The translations under genes were made by a program, and so were the position numbers. Below are positions 50,397-59,278 of a stretch of DNA of 64,000 nucleotides, one piece after another. The notes beneath the pieces were generated by a model that saw only the letters and a program-made list of their open reading frames with translations, did no database searches and was not told where the DNA came from. Position 1 is the stretch's first letter; the number at the start of each line of letters is the position of its first letter. Origin of the DNA: an uncultured Planctomycetia bacterium (lineage in GTDB: Bacteria; Omnitrophota; Gorgyraeia; Tantalellales; Tantalellaceae); the NCBI GenBank assembly GCA_964527765.1, contig CAZGQR010000003.1, positions 75,366-139,365 on the forward strand, in the 5' to 3' direction.

Positions 50397-50594
50397 ATGC
50401 CAAAGCTGAAGACGAAAAAAGGAGTAAAAAAACGGTTTAGACTGACCAAGACCGGCAAGATAAAGAGAAGCAAGGCCGGCAAGAGACATATTCTCACGAA
50501 AAAAAGCAGAAAACGCAAACGTAAACTGGCGCAGTCGACAACGGTCAGTAAGACTTTCGAGAGAAAAGTAAAAAGACTGCTGCCCTATGGGTGA
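50397..50594 (+). CDS. rpmI: 50S ribosomal protein L35
   Basis: [24 protein letters not shown]. Confidence 0.9.
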   Translation: MPKLKTKKGVKKRFRLTKTGKIKRSKAGKRHILTKKSRKRKRKLAQSTTVSKTFERKVKRLLPYG

Positions 50595-50603
50595 GGAGAG
50601 GAC

Positions 50604-50951
50604 ATGACCAGAGTAAAGCATGCAGCGAGTTCGCTGAAACGAAGAAAAAGGACCCTTAAGGCCGTTAAAGGACAGCGCGGAGCAAGGTCCAAGTTGTACA
50701 GGACCGCAAAGGACGCCGCCAGAAGAAGCATGGTCTTCAACTATGCCGACAGGAAGCGCAAGAAAAGCGATTATCGCTCTCTGTGGATCGCCCGCATCAC
50801 GGCGGCATGCAGGGAGGAGGATATTTCCTACAGCAAGTTCATCGCTGGTCTGAAGAAAGCGAAAATAGAGCTTAACCGGAAGGTCCTGGCTTATATCGCG
50901 GCAAATGACAGCCGCGGGTTTAAGACACTTGTGAAAAAAGTTAAAACGTGA
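50604..50951 (+). CDS. rplT: 50S ribosomal protein L20
   Basis: 115 aa, RVKHAASSLKRRKR. Confidence 0.9.
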   Translation: MTRVKHAASSLKRRKRTLKAVKGQRGARSKLYRTAKDAARRSMVFNYADRKRKKSDYRSLWIARITAACREEDISYSKFIAGLKKAKIELNRKVLAYIAANDSRGFKTLVKKVKT

Positions 50952-52306
50952 TCAAATCCATGGGCAGGCTGACTCCTCCACAGCTGGTGATAGTGAGTTT
51001 TCTATGCGCCATAATTCTCGGCACTATCATCCTGTCCCTGCCTTCCGCCACGCGGGATGAGGGCAGGATGTCCGTTGTGGACAGTCTTTTTACCGCGACC
51101 AGCGCCACCTGTGTCACGGGATTGACGGTCAAGGACACCGGGAGCTATTTTTCCACGTTCGGGAGATGGGTCATCTTTGTTTTATTCCAGGCCGGGGGGC
51201 TCGGGATAATGACCTTTTCCACGCTCTTTGCCGTTATGCTGGGCAGGAAGATCGGTTTTCATGAAACGGACGTCATAAGGAACACCCTGGACAAGCATAA
51301 CATCCTGGGGCTTAATAAACTGATCGGGTATATCCTCGGCATCACGGTCGCGGTCGAGGCGGTCGGCGCCTCCTTTTTGTTCTTACGGTGGAGGGCCATA
51401 ACGGACTGGGGCATCATTGAGACGCTTGAGAAGTCCGTCTTTCACGCGGTTTCAGCTTTTTGTAACGCGGGATTCTCGCTGTTCCGCAGCAGTTTCGTGC
51501 GGTTTGAATCCGATCCGTGCATAAATCTGACAATGATATTTCTCATATTTTTCGGGGGCATAGGGTTCATAGTCATCATGGATATCCTCGGGCTGTTTTA
51601 CCGGCGGGGAACGGCCAGGAGATTGAGCCTTCAGGCGAAGATCGCGCTTGCCGTATCGCTCATCCTGATAATAACCGGCGCCGTTTTGATACTTGTTTTC
51701 GAAAAAGATAATGTCATGCGGGCGATGTCCTGGCCCCAGCGCCTGTGGGGGTCGGTCTTTCAGGCGGTGACAGCCAGGACGGCGGGGTTCAATACGCTGC
51801 CGACAGGCAGCCTGGCCGTGCCTTCGCTGCTGTTTATCACATTCTTGATGTTTATAGGCGCATCCCCGGGGTCCACGGGGGGCGGCATTAAGACATGCAC
51901 GTTCGCGGTGATCATCGTGACCGTTATCGGCATGATGAAGAACAGGCGGCGGGCCATGCTTTTCGGCCGTTCGATCCCCCGCGCTGTCATCAGGGAATCC
52001 CTGGTTATTTTTTTCCTGGGCCTGACGTGGATATTTGCCTTTACGGTACTTCTTGCATATCTGGAAGGGCGCTATTCTCCGGGGAACACGTCGCTTGTGG
52101 GATATTTATTTGAAGTGGTATCTGCCTTTGGGACAGTAGGGCTATCGACCGGGATAACGGAAGGTTTAAGCAATGCCGGCAAGCTATGCATAGCTGCGAC
52201 GATGTTCGCCGGCAGGGTGGGGCCGCTGACGCTTGCCCTGGCCGTGGCGTACAGGGAGAGAAAAGACACTTACGTTTTTCCCGAAGAGACCGTCATGGTC
52301 GGGTGA
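50948..52306 (+). CDS. TrkH/KtrB-family potassium transporter membrane subunit
   Basis: 452 aa, four MPM repeats with GLG-type selectivity motifs. GTG start overlaps the rplT stop. An alternative ATG lies at 50960. Confidence 0.85.
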   Translation: MIKSMGRLTPPQLVIVSFLCAIILGTIILSLPSATRDEGRMSVVDSLFTATSATCVTGLTVKDTGSYFSTFGRWVIFVLFQAGGLGIMTFSTLFAVMLGRKIGFHETDVIRNTLDKHNILGLNKLIGYILGITVAVEAVGASFLFLRWRAITDWGIIETLEKSVFHAVSAFCNAGFSLFRSSFVRFESDPCINLTMIFLIFFGGIGFIVIMDILGLFYRRGTARRLSLQAKIALAVSLILIITGAVLILVFEKDNVMRAMSWPQRLWGSVFQAVTARTAGFNTLPTGSLAVPSLLFITFLMFIGASPGSTGGGIKTCTFAVIIVTVIGMMKNRRRAMLFGRSIPRAVIRESLVIFFLGLTWIFAFTVLLAYLEGRYSPGNTSLVGYLFEVVSAFGTVGLSTGITEGLSNAGKLCIAATMFAGRVGPLTLALAVAYRERKDTYVFPEETVMVG

Positions 52307-52376
52307 TCACCCATACGACAGCTCAGGGCCGATCCTGAGCAAGTAAGCGGGCGCGCAGAAGGACGGGAGGATACAG

Positions 52377-53108
52377 ATGAAACAGTTTGCGGTTATAGGC
52401 TTAGGACGGTTCGGATCGAGTGTGGCGGCCTCTCTTGCGGCGAGAGGGCAGCAGGTCATCGCCATAGACAAGAACGAAGAATTTGTGCACGATATCATGG
52501 ATAGCGTCACCAAGGCGGTATGTCTGGATGCTACCGATGAAAAGGCCGTGAAGTCGGTAGGTCTCCAGAATGTCGATGTAGCCATATGCGGCATCGGTAC
52601 GGACGTGGAAGCCAGCATCCTGATCGCTCTTCTTTTGAAGGATCTCGGCGTCCCGGAAATAGTATGCAAGGCGGTCAGTACGGCCCATAAGAAGGTGCTC
52701 GAGAAGATCGGGGCGACGAAAGTGATCCTTCCGGAAAAAGACATGGGAGAGAGGATCGCCGAGACCCTTGTTTCGGTATCGGATACGGTGCTGGATCATA
52801 TCGGCCTGTCGGGGGACTCGAGTATCATCGAGATCATCGCGCCTGAGGACTTTGTCGGGAAAAACCTGAGAGACCTGGACATAAGGACGCGATACCAAGT
52901 GAACGTGATCGCCGTAAAGAAAAAGACCAAAGTCGTGAAGAACGGAGAAACGATCGAGGAAGAAGAGGTCAATGTCACGCCGCAGGCGAACGATGTCGTG
53001 GCCAAGGATGATATACTCGTGGTTTTCGGCGCAAATGACAAGATAAAAGCCCTCAGGGATAAGGGCTGGTCCGTTGAAGGACAGTCCGGGAACAGGACAA
53101 AGGGATGA
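52377..53108 (+). CDS. KtrA/TrkA-family RCK potassium-uptake regulatory subunit
   Basis: GxGxxG Rossmann N-terminus (VIGLGRFG) and a TrkA-C domain. Confidence 0.85.
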   Translation: MKQFAVIGLGRFGSSVAASLAARGQQVIAIDKNEEFVHDIMDSVTKAVCLDATDEKAVKSVGLQNVDVAICGIGTDVEASILIALLLKDLGVPEIVCKAVSTAHKKVLEKIGATKVILPEKDMGERIAETLVSVSDTVLDHIGLSGDSSIIEIIAPEDFVGKNLRDLDIRTRYQVNVIAVKKKTKVVKNGETIEEEEVNVTPQANDVVAKDDILVVFGANDKIKALRDKGWSVEGQSGNRTKG

Positions 53109-54124
53109 GCGTTACAAGCAAACTTGATGAAATAAAAAGAGATTTCGAAAAAGCGCTCGACAAGTGCAAGAACGCCCGGGAAGCGGAAGATGTGAGAGTA
53201 AAATACCTGGGACGAAAAGGCGAATTGACCGCGGTCCTGCGCTCTCTTTCGGGCCTGTCCGCCGACGAAAAGCGCAAAGCCGGGGAAAAGGCGAACGCGC
53301 TCAAGAATGAGTTCACCGCGGGGCTGCAGGCGCTAAAAGGGAAGCTGGAGGCAAAGAGCGCGGAAAAGAAAGACCAACTGGACGTTACCATGCCGGGAAT
53401 ACCGGCCAGGCTTGGGACGGTCCACCCCGTGACACGGACCATGAGGCGCATAAACGAGATATTTGTCTCGCTCGGGTTCAGCATCGCGGAAGGCCCGGAG
53501 ATAGAATCGGAATTCTATAATTTCGAAGCGCTCAATATCCCGCTGGAACATCCTTCCCGCGACGCGTTCGATACGTTCTATATCGACCGAAAAAACCTGC
53601 TCAGAAGCCATACGTCGAACGTGCAGATCCATGTGATGCAAAAACAGCTTCCCCCCATCCAGGTCATAATGCCCGGGAGAGTGTACAGGCCGGATGCGGT
53701 GGACGCGTCGCACTCTTTTATGTTCCATCAGGTCGAAGGGCTCATGGTGGATGAGGATATCAAGTTTTCCGACCTCAAGGGAGCGCTTTCCGTTTTTGCC
53801 AAAAGCATGTTCGGCGAGGACATCAAGATGAGATTCCGACCGCACTTTTTTCCTTTTACCGAGCCCAGCGCCGAAGTGGATATTTCCTGTATAATATGCG
53901 GCGGCCGGGGGTGCAGGGTATGTTCCGGCAACGGCTGGCTGGAAATACTGGGAGCCGGCATGGTGAATCCCAAGGTCTTCGAAGCCGTCGGGTATGACCC
54001 CGGGAAATATACCGGATATGCTTTCGGCATGGGCGTTGAAAGGATAGCTATGCTGCTCTACGGCATAGAGGATATACGCATTTTTTACGAGAATGATATA
54101 AGGTTCCTGAAACAGTTCGTGTAA
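53105..54124 (+). CDS. pheS: phenylalanine--tRNA ligase alpha subunit
   Basis: Class II motifs (FRPHFFPFTEPS, GMGVERIAM). Confidence 0.9.
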   Translation: MSVTSKLDEIKRDFEKALDKCKNAREAEDVRVKYLGRKGELTAVLRSLSGLSADEKRKAGEKANALKNEFTAGLQALKGKLEAKSAEKKDQLDVTMPGIPARLGTVHPVTRTMRRINEIFVSLGFSIAEGPEIESEFYNFEALNIPLEHPSRDAFDTFYIDRKNLLRSHTSNVQIHVMQKQLPPIQVIMPGRVYRPDAVDASHSFMFHQVEGLMVDEDIKFSDLKGALSVFAKSMFGEDIKMRFRPHFFPFTEPSAEVDISCIICGGRGCRVCSGNGWLEILGAGMVNPKVFEAVGYDPGKYTGYAFGMGVERIAMLLYGIEDIRIFYENDIRFLKQFV

Positions 54125-54129
54125 AAGCC

Positions 54130-56175
54130 ATGAAATTAAGCTATAGCTGGTTAAAAGAATACGTGGATATCAATGTTGCTCCCGGGAAACTCGCCGGGGG
54201 GCTGACCATGTCCGGTTCGGAAGTGGAAGCCGTGCATGACGCCGACGGCGACAAGGTCATGGACCTGGAGATAACCGCCAACAGGCCGGATTGTCTGAAT
54301 ATCATAGGCCTTGCCAGAGAGGTCTCCGCGGTGTTCGATAAAGATCTCTCCCTCCCCGCGATGGGGATCCCGGAAAAAGCGCCTCGCGGGAAAGGGCCCG
54401 GGATAGAATGCGCGATAAAGAGCAGGAAGCTATGCCCGCGCTACACGGCCAGGGTCATATCGGATGTTAATGTGAAAGAAACAAGCGGAGGAATAAGGAA
54501 AAAGCTGCTCGCCGAGGGCCTGCGCGCGGTCAACAATGTCGTGGATGTGACGAATTTTTGTCTGATGGAAACGGGACAGCCGTTGCACGCTTTCGATCTG
54601 GATAAGCTGCGCGGAGGAAAAGTGATCATCCGCGAAGCTGCCAAAGGAGAAAAGATAACCACCATTGACGGGGAACAGAGGGAACTTGGACCCGGCATGC
54701 TGGTCATTGCGGATTCGGACCGGCCGGTGGCCATTGCCGGTATCATGGGAGGCAAGGATACGGAAGTCACCGAGAGCACCAGGAACGTGCTCCTGGAAAG
54801 CGCTTATTTTGATCCCATCTCCGTAAGGCGGACGTCCCGGGTCCTGGGGATCTCAAGCGATTCCAGTTACCGCTTCGAACGCGGCGTGGACAAGGGCATG
54901 ATACAGGCGGCGTCCGACCGTGCCGCCGGCCTGATCTCCGCGGAGACCGGCGGAAAGATATGCGAGTTCCATGATGCCGGCACGCTTGTTCCCGATAATG
55001 TGACAATAGAGTTCAACGTGGGGGAAGCAGAGAAAATATTGGGCATCCCCCTGGAAAAGAAAAAGGTGGAACGTATATTCCGGAGACTGGGAATGGCGGT
55101 CTCCTCCGGCAAGGCCGGTAAATTGAAAGTAGGCATCCCGACCTTTCGGGAAGACTTGAGGGAAAGGATAGATCTGGTCGAAGAGGTTGCCAGGATATAC
55201 GGGTATGACAACATCCCCGCGACGATAACAAAATTTATCCCGCAGGTCAAAAGAAAAGAACGCTCCCGCAAGATTCTGGAAGAGCTGTATGAGATACTTC
55301 CCGCGCTGGGCTTGAGCGAGATCATGACATACAGCTTGGTAAGCGAGGAGGCGGCCGGAAAGTTCCCGGTCGTCACCGAGGATACGGTCAAACTCATCAA
55401 TCCTTTATCGGAAGATCACAAGGTGCTGACCCCGCAGCTATTGGACGGGATGTTGCGGGCCATTTCGTGGAACCTGAACAGGAAAAACGCGGATCTCGCT
55501 TTTTTTGAGATAGGGAAGATCTATTGTCGTCCGGGAGGAAAGGACAAATTTCAGGAGACCCCGGCGGTGTGTGTCGGGCTGACCGGGCTTCTGCGGAAAA
55601 ACTGGCGGGAAGGCGAACGCCCCGTGGATCTTTATGACCTCAAAGGGATCCTGGAAACGGTGTTTTCCAGGCTGAGGATCCCGGCGGCATTTCATGGGAC
55701 CAGGATCAGGGGACTGGAGAATTGCGGCGAGGCAAGGCTTCCGGACGGTGACGTGAATATCGGGTTCTTCGGCGAGGTGGGCGCAAAACTTCTGGATGAG
55801 TACGATATTTCGCAGCGCGTTTATGTCTGCCAGATCAAACTAGACGAGATCATAGAAAAAGCGGTCCTGGAAGACCATTATCATGCCGTTCCGCGCTTTC
55901 CTTCATCTTCGAGGGATATTTCCGTTCTTTGCGACCGGCCCCTTACCGCCGGAGAGATCAGCGCCGTCATAGCGGAGACCGGAGAGGAAATAATCCGCGG
56001 GATCGAGCTCACGGATGTTTATGAGGGCAAACAGATCCCGGCGGATAAGAAGAGCCTTTCTTACAGCATCAGATACGGACTGGACACGCGCACCCTGACG
56101 GACGAGGAAGTTGAAGCCGTGCATTCAAAGATCAAAGAGGCTCTTGAAAAGAAATTCGGCGTTACCTTCCGGTAA
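54130..56175 (+). CDS. pheT: phenylalanine--tRNA ligase beta subunit, short form without the N-terminal OB tRNA-binding insert
   Basis: 681 aa. B3/4, B5 and FDX-ACB domains are present. The segment between ...EVEAV and DLEITANRPDC is missing. Confidence 0.9.
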   Translation: MKLSYSWLKEYVDINVAPGKLAGGLTMSGSEVEAVHDADGDKVMDLEITANRPDCLNIIGLAREVSAVFDKDLSLPAMGIPEKAPRGKGPGIECAIKSRKLCPRYTARVISDVNVKETSGGIRKKLLAEGLRAVNNVVDVTNFCLMETGQPLHAFDLDKLRGGKVIIREAAKGEKITTIDGEQRELGPGMLVIADSDRPVAIAGIMGGKDTEVTESTRNVLLESAYFDPISVRRTSRVLGISSDSSYRFERGVDKGMIQAASDRAAGLISAETGGKICEFHDAGTLVPDNVTIEFNVGEAEKILGIPLEKKKVERIFRRLGMAVSSGKAGKLKVGIPTFREDLRERIDLVEEVARIYGYDNIPATITKFIPQVKRKERSRKILEELYEILPALGLSEIMTYSLVSEEAAGKFPVVTEDTVKLINPLSEDHKVLTPQLLDGMLRAISWNLNRKNADLAFFEIGKIYCRPGGKDKFQETPAVCVGLTGLLRKNWREGERPVDLYDLKGILETVFSRLRIPAAFHGTRIRGLENCGEARLPDGDVNIGFFGEVGAKLLDEYDISQRVYVCQIKLDEIIEKAVLEDHYHAVPRFPSSSRDISVLCDRPLTAGEISAVIAETGEEIIRGIELTDVYEGKQIPADKKSLSYSIRYGLDTRTLTDEEVEAVHSKIKEALEKKFGVTFR

Positions 56176-56407
56176 AATTGTTCTTGATCCGGTTTTTATT
56201 GCAATGAATTCCATTGCGCCCGCCCCGCGGGTGGTGATATAATAAATCCGTTACGATCTGTTTGACTCGTGAAGCGGGTTTATCGAATTGGGCCAACACT
56301 ATAGAACTGGGAGCCTAGCTCTGGCATTCTCTCGGGATTGTCAGGAGGGCACCCACCTGGACTACCAGGACACCAATTCTTTTCCTGCGCACGGTCTGAC
56401 GGATTTG

Positions 56408-56439
56408 GGGCCGGATTCATATCCGGCCCTAATTTTTCT
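56408..56439 (+). terminator. strong intrinsic terminator (GGGCCGGAT-tcat-ATCCGGCCC then TAATTTTTCT) about 20 nt upstream of the rarA start
   Basis: Perfect 9-bp GC-rich stem with a 4-nt loop and a T-tract. Confidence 0.65.
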
Positions 56440-56461
56440 CAAGCGGTTCAGAGAGGATAAT

Positions 56462-57790
56462 ATGGACCTGTTCGCAAAAAAGACGCATGAAGAAAAGACA
56501 GCTTCTCTCTCGGTCCGGATGTGCCCCGTGAAGCTTGCGGATTTTCTGGGGCAGGAACATATAGTCGGCGAGGGAAAGCTTCTGCGCAGGGCGATCGAGG
56601 CGGATCGGATAAGTTCCGTGATATTTTACGGCCCTCCCGGAGCGGGGAAGACCGCGCTTGCCATGGTGATATCCAAAAGAACGGGAGCGCGGTTCGTAAG
56701 AAGGAACGCCGTTTCCAGCAACGTGGCGGAGATCCGGAAGATAGTCGAGACCGCGAAAAAACAGAAAGAGCTCGACGGGCAAAGGACCATACTGCTTCTG
56801 GATGAGATACACCGGTTCAATAAAGCCCAGCAGGATGTCCTTTTGCCGGAAGTGGAAACGGGGCATATCATCCTCATAGGCACAACTACCGAGAACCCGT
56901 TTTTCACGGTCATATCCGCGCTCCTGTCACGGAGCCAGATCTTCGAATTCAAGCCTCTCAGCGAAGAGACGGTCCTCACGCTTCTGCGAAAGTCGCTGGA
57001 GGACAGGCACGGGGGCCTTGGAAACGAAAATGTCCGGGCGGATGAGAAAGCCCTGGAACACCTGGCAAGGATCTCTGACGGAGACGCGCGCAAAGCATTG
57101 AATGCCCTGGAAATAGCCGTTCTTACTACCGAACCCGGAAAAGACGGCATTATTCATGTCACGCTGAAAGAAGCGGAAGAGTCCATACAGAAAAAAGCCG
57201 TAGTGTATGATGCCGCCGGCGACGCGCACTATGACACGATAAGCGCTTACATAAAAAGCATGAGGGGTTCGGATCCCGACGCCGCGCTTTACTGGTTGGC
57301 CAAAATGATCATTGCGGGGGAGGATATCAGGTTTATCGCCAGACGCCTTGTGATATGCGCATCTGAAGATGTGGGCAACGCGGATCCCCAGGCGCTGGTA
57401 GTGGCGAATGCCGCGATGCAGGCCGCTGATTTTGTCGGTTTTCCGGAAGCAAAGATACCGCTGGCGCAGGCGACTATCTATGTTGCGTGCGCCCCGAAAA
57501 GCAACGCGTCTTACACGGCGATAGAAAAAGCCACGAGAGACCTGGAACTTGAGAGGACCCAGGAAGTGCCGGATCACCTGAAAGACGCCAGTTATCCGGG
57601 CGCCGAAAAACTCCGGCACGGCCGGGGATATAAATACGCTCATTCCTACAAGGGGCATTATGTGGAGCAGGAGCACATGCGCAAAAAGAGGAGTTACTAT
57701 ATTCCCACGGACCAGGGTTTTGAGAAAAAGATCAGGGAACGGATGGAGCGCTTGAAAAGATCCGAAGGGAAGACCGGGAACGATGAATAG
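56462..57790 (+). CDS. rarA: replication-associated recombination protein A (AAA+)
   Basis: Start at MDLFAKK aligns with the RarA N-terminus. GPPGAGKT Walker A. The upstream in-frame extension would contain the terminator. Confidence 0.85.
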   Translation: MDLFAKKTHEEKTASLSVRMCPVKLADFLGQEHIVGEGKLLRRAIEADRISSVIFYGPPGAGKTALAMVISKRTGARFVRRNAVSSNVAEIRKIVETAKKQKELDGQRTILLLDEIHRFNKAQQDVLLPEVETGHIILIGTTTENPFFTVISALLSRSQIFEFKPLSEETVLTLLRKSLEDRHGGLGNENVRADEKALEHLARISDGDARKALNALEIAVLTTEPGKDGIIHVTLKEAEESIQKKAVVYDAAGDAHYDTISAYIKSMRGSDPDAALYWLAKMIIAGEDIRFIARRLVICASEDVGNADPQALVVANAAMQAADFVGFPEAKIPLAQATIYVACAPKSNASYTAIEKATRDLELERTQEVPDHLKDASYPGAEKLRHGRGYKYAHSYKGHYVEQEHMRKKRSYYIPTDQGFEKKIRERMERLKRSEGKTGNDE

Positions 57791-58778
57791 AAAAGCGATC
57801 GCGCTGATATCCGGGGGGCTTGACAGCCTGCTTGCGGCGAAAGTCATCATGGAACAGGGGATAGAGGTCCTTGGCGTGGCGTTCGTCATGCAGTTCGCTT
57901 CCCGGGACGTGCGCGCTTTCAGGGAACACGTGAATGAAGCTGCCGCCGATGCCGGGATCCCGACCAGGTTCGTCGATATTTCGGAAGAATTTCTGAAGAT
58001 CGTAAAAGACCCGCGGCACGGCTACGGGTCCAATCTCAATCCCTGCATCGATTGCAAGATCCTGATGCTGCGGTTCGCAAAAGATATCATGCGGGAAGAA
58101 AAGGCCGGTTTTGTCATTACCGGGGAAGTGCTGGGAGAGCGCCCCATGTCGCAGAGAAAGGACGCCCTGAACATGATCAGGAAAAGATCATCGCTTGAAG
58201 GGTACCTGCTCCGGCCGCTTTCGGCCAGACTTCTCGAAGAAACCGCTCCCGAAAAGGAAGGCGTTATCGACAGGGAAAAATTGCTTGATATAAGGGGGCG
58301 TTCGCGCGAGGCGCAGCTGGAGCTGGCGAAAAAGTATGATCTGCGCAAATTTTTTACCCCTGCCGGCGGATGCCTTCTGACGGATCCGATATTCGCCCGG
58401 AGATTGAAAGATCTCATTTCAAGGGATGACCTGAACACTGATAACGTGTCATTGCTCAAATGCGGCAGGCATTTCCGGCTGGATGACGAGACCAAGGCCG
58501 TTGTGGGGCGCGACGAAAAGGATAACAGGCGCGTGCGGGACCTTAAAAAAGGCAGCGATGTGATGATGCGGTTGAAAGGGCGCCCCGGTCCGTATGTCCT
58601 GCTCCGGGGGAACACAAGTTCCGAGAACGTGGAAAGGGCCGCATCTCTGGCGATAAGCCATTCCAAGGGCAAGAACGAGGAAAGCGCGGCTGTCGAGTTC
58701 TGGATGGCCGAGGAGAGCAGGAAAACCATAATGGTAGGGCCCATGGACGCGGGGGAAGTTGAACGATTAAGGGTATAA
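57783..58778 (+). CDS. ThiI-like PP-loop ATPase lacking the THUMP domain (putative sulfurtransferase)
   Basis: SGGLDS PP-loop at residues 10-15. CIDCK...VITGEVLGE...LLRPL resembles the ThiI C-terminal domain. Overlaps rarA by 8 nt. Confidence 0.5.
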   Translation: MNRKAIALISGGLDSLLAAKVIMEQGIEVLGVAFVMQFASRDVRAFREHVNEAAADAGIPTRFVDISEEFLKIVKDPRHGYGSNLNPCIDCKILMLRFAKDIMREEKAGFVITGEVLGERPMSQRKDALNMIRKRSSLEGYLLRPLSARLLEETAPEKEGVIDREKLLDIRGRSREAQLELAKKYDLRKFFTPAGGCLLTDPIFARRLKDLISRDDLNTDNVSLLKCGRHFRLDDETKAVVGRDEKDNRRVRDLKKGSDVMMRLKGRPGPYVLLRGNTSSENVERAASLAISHSKGKNEESAAVEFWMAEESRKTIMVGPMDAGEVERLRV

Positions 58779-58815
58779 GATCAAAAGACGAGCAGGCTGA
58801 CTTACAGGATGAAAG

Positions 58816-59226
58816 ATGAAAGAGGAAGGAATAGTAATAACGGTTGAGAACGATGCGGCTGTGGTGGAAATACCGCCGCGAAAAGAATGTACCGGATGCT
58901 GTTCATGCAGGGCTTCCGGTCCGCGCCGTATAACGATCAGCGGAGAGAAAACAGAGCCCCTTAAGCCGGGGGACCATGTGGAGATAGACATAGACACGTC
59001 ATCGATGATGCAGGTGTACCTTCTTCTGTACGGCTTTCCCCTTGCGGCTTTTCTCGGGGGGCTGCTTATCCTGCACACGGTTTTGCGTTCCCCGATCGTA
59101 AGTTTTTTAGGGGCTATTGCGGCTACCATTGTTACTTACGCGCTGGTCGGCCGCTACATAAGAAGGAATCTCCGGTTTTCGCCCGAGGTTTGCGTGAAAA
59201 GAGGCACAGACCTCGACAAGCGGTAG
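58816..59226 (+). CDS. RseC/MucC-family protein
   Basis: N-terminal beta-domain with the Cys cluster CTGCCSC, then two TM helices. Confidence 0.5.
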   Translation: MKEEGIVITVENDAAVVEIPPRKECTGCCSCRASGPRRITISGEKTEPLKPGDHVEIDIDTSSMMQVYLLLYGFPLAAFLGGLLILHTVLRSPIVSFLGAIAATIVTYALVGRYIRRNLRFSPEVCVKRGTDLDKR

Positions 59227-59278
59227 CATCTGTGTTAAAATCTACCGGCTATATGGAAATAATTCGCACGGTTTTGTT

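Noticed and set aside
56236-56440. SRP RNA, tmRNA or RNase P RNA in the pheT-rarA spacer
   Set aside because: The conserved SRP domain-IV, tmRNA tag-ORF and RNase P P4 motifs are all absent. It is kept only as a generic ncRNA candidate.
56288-56461. In-frame upstream extension of rarA
   Set aside because: It would contain a strong intrinsic terminator. Homologues align from MDLFAKK.
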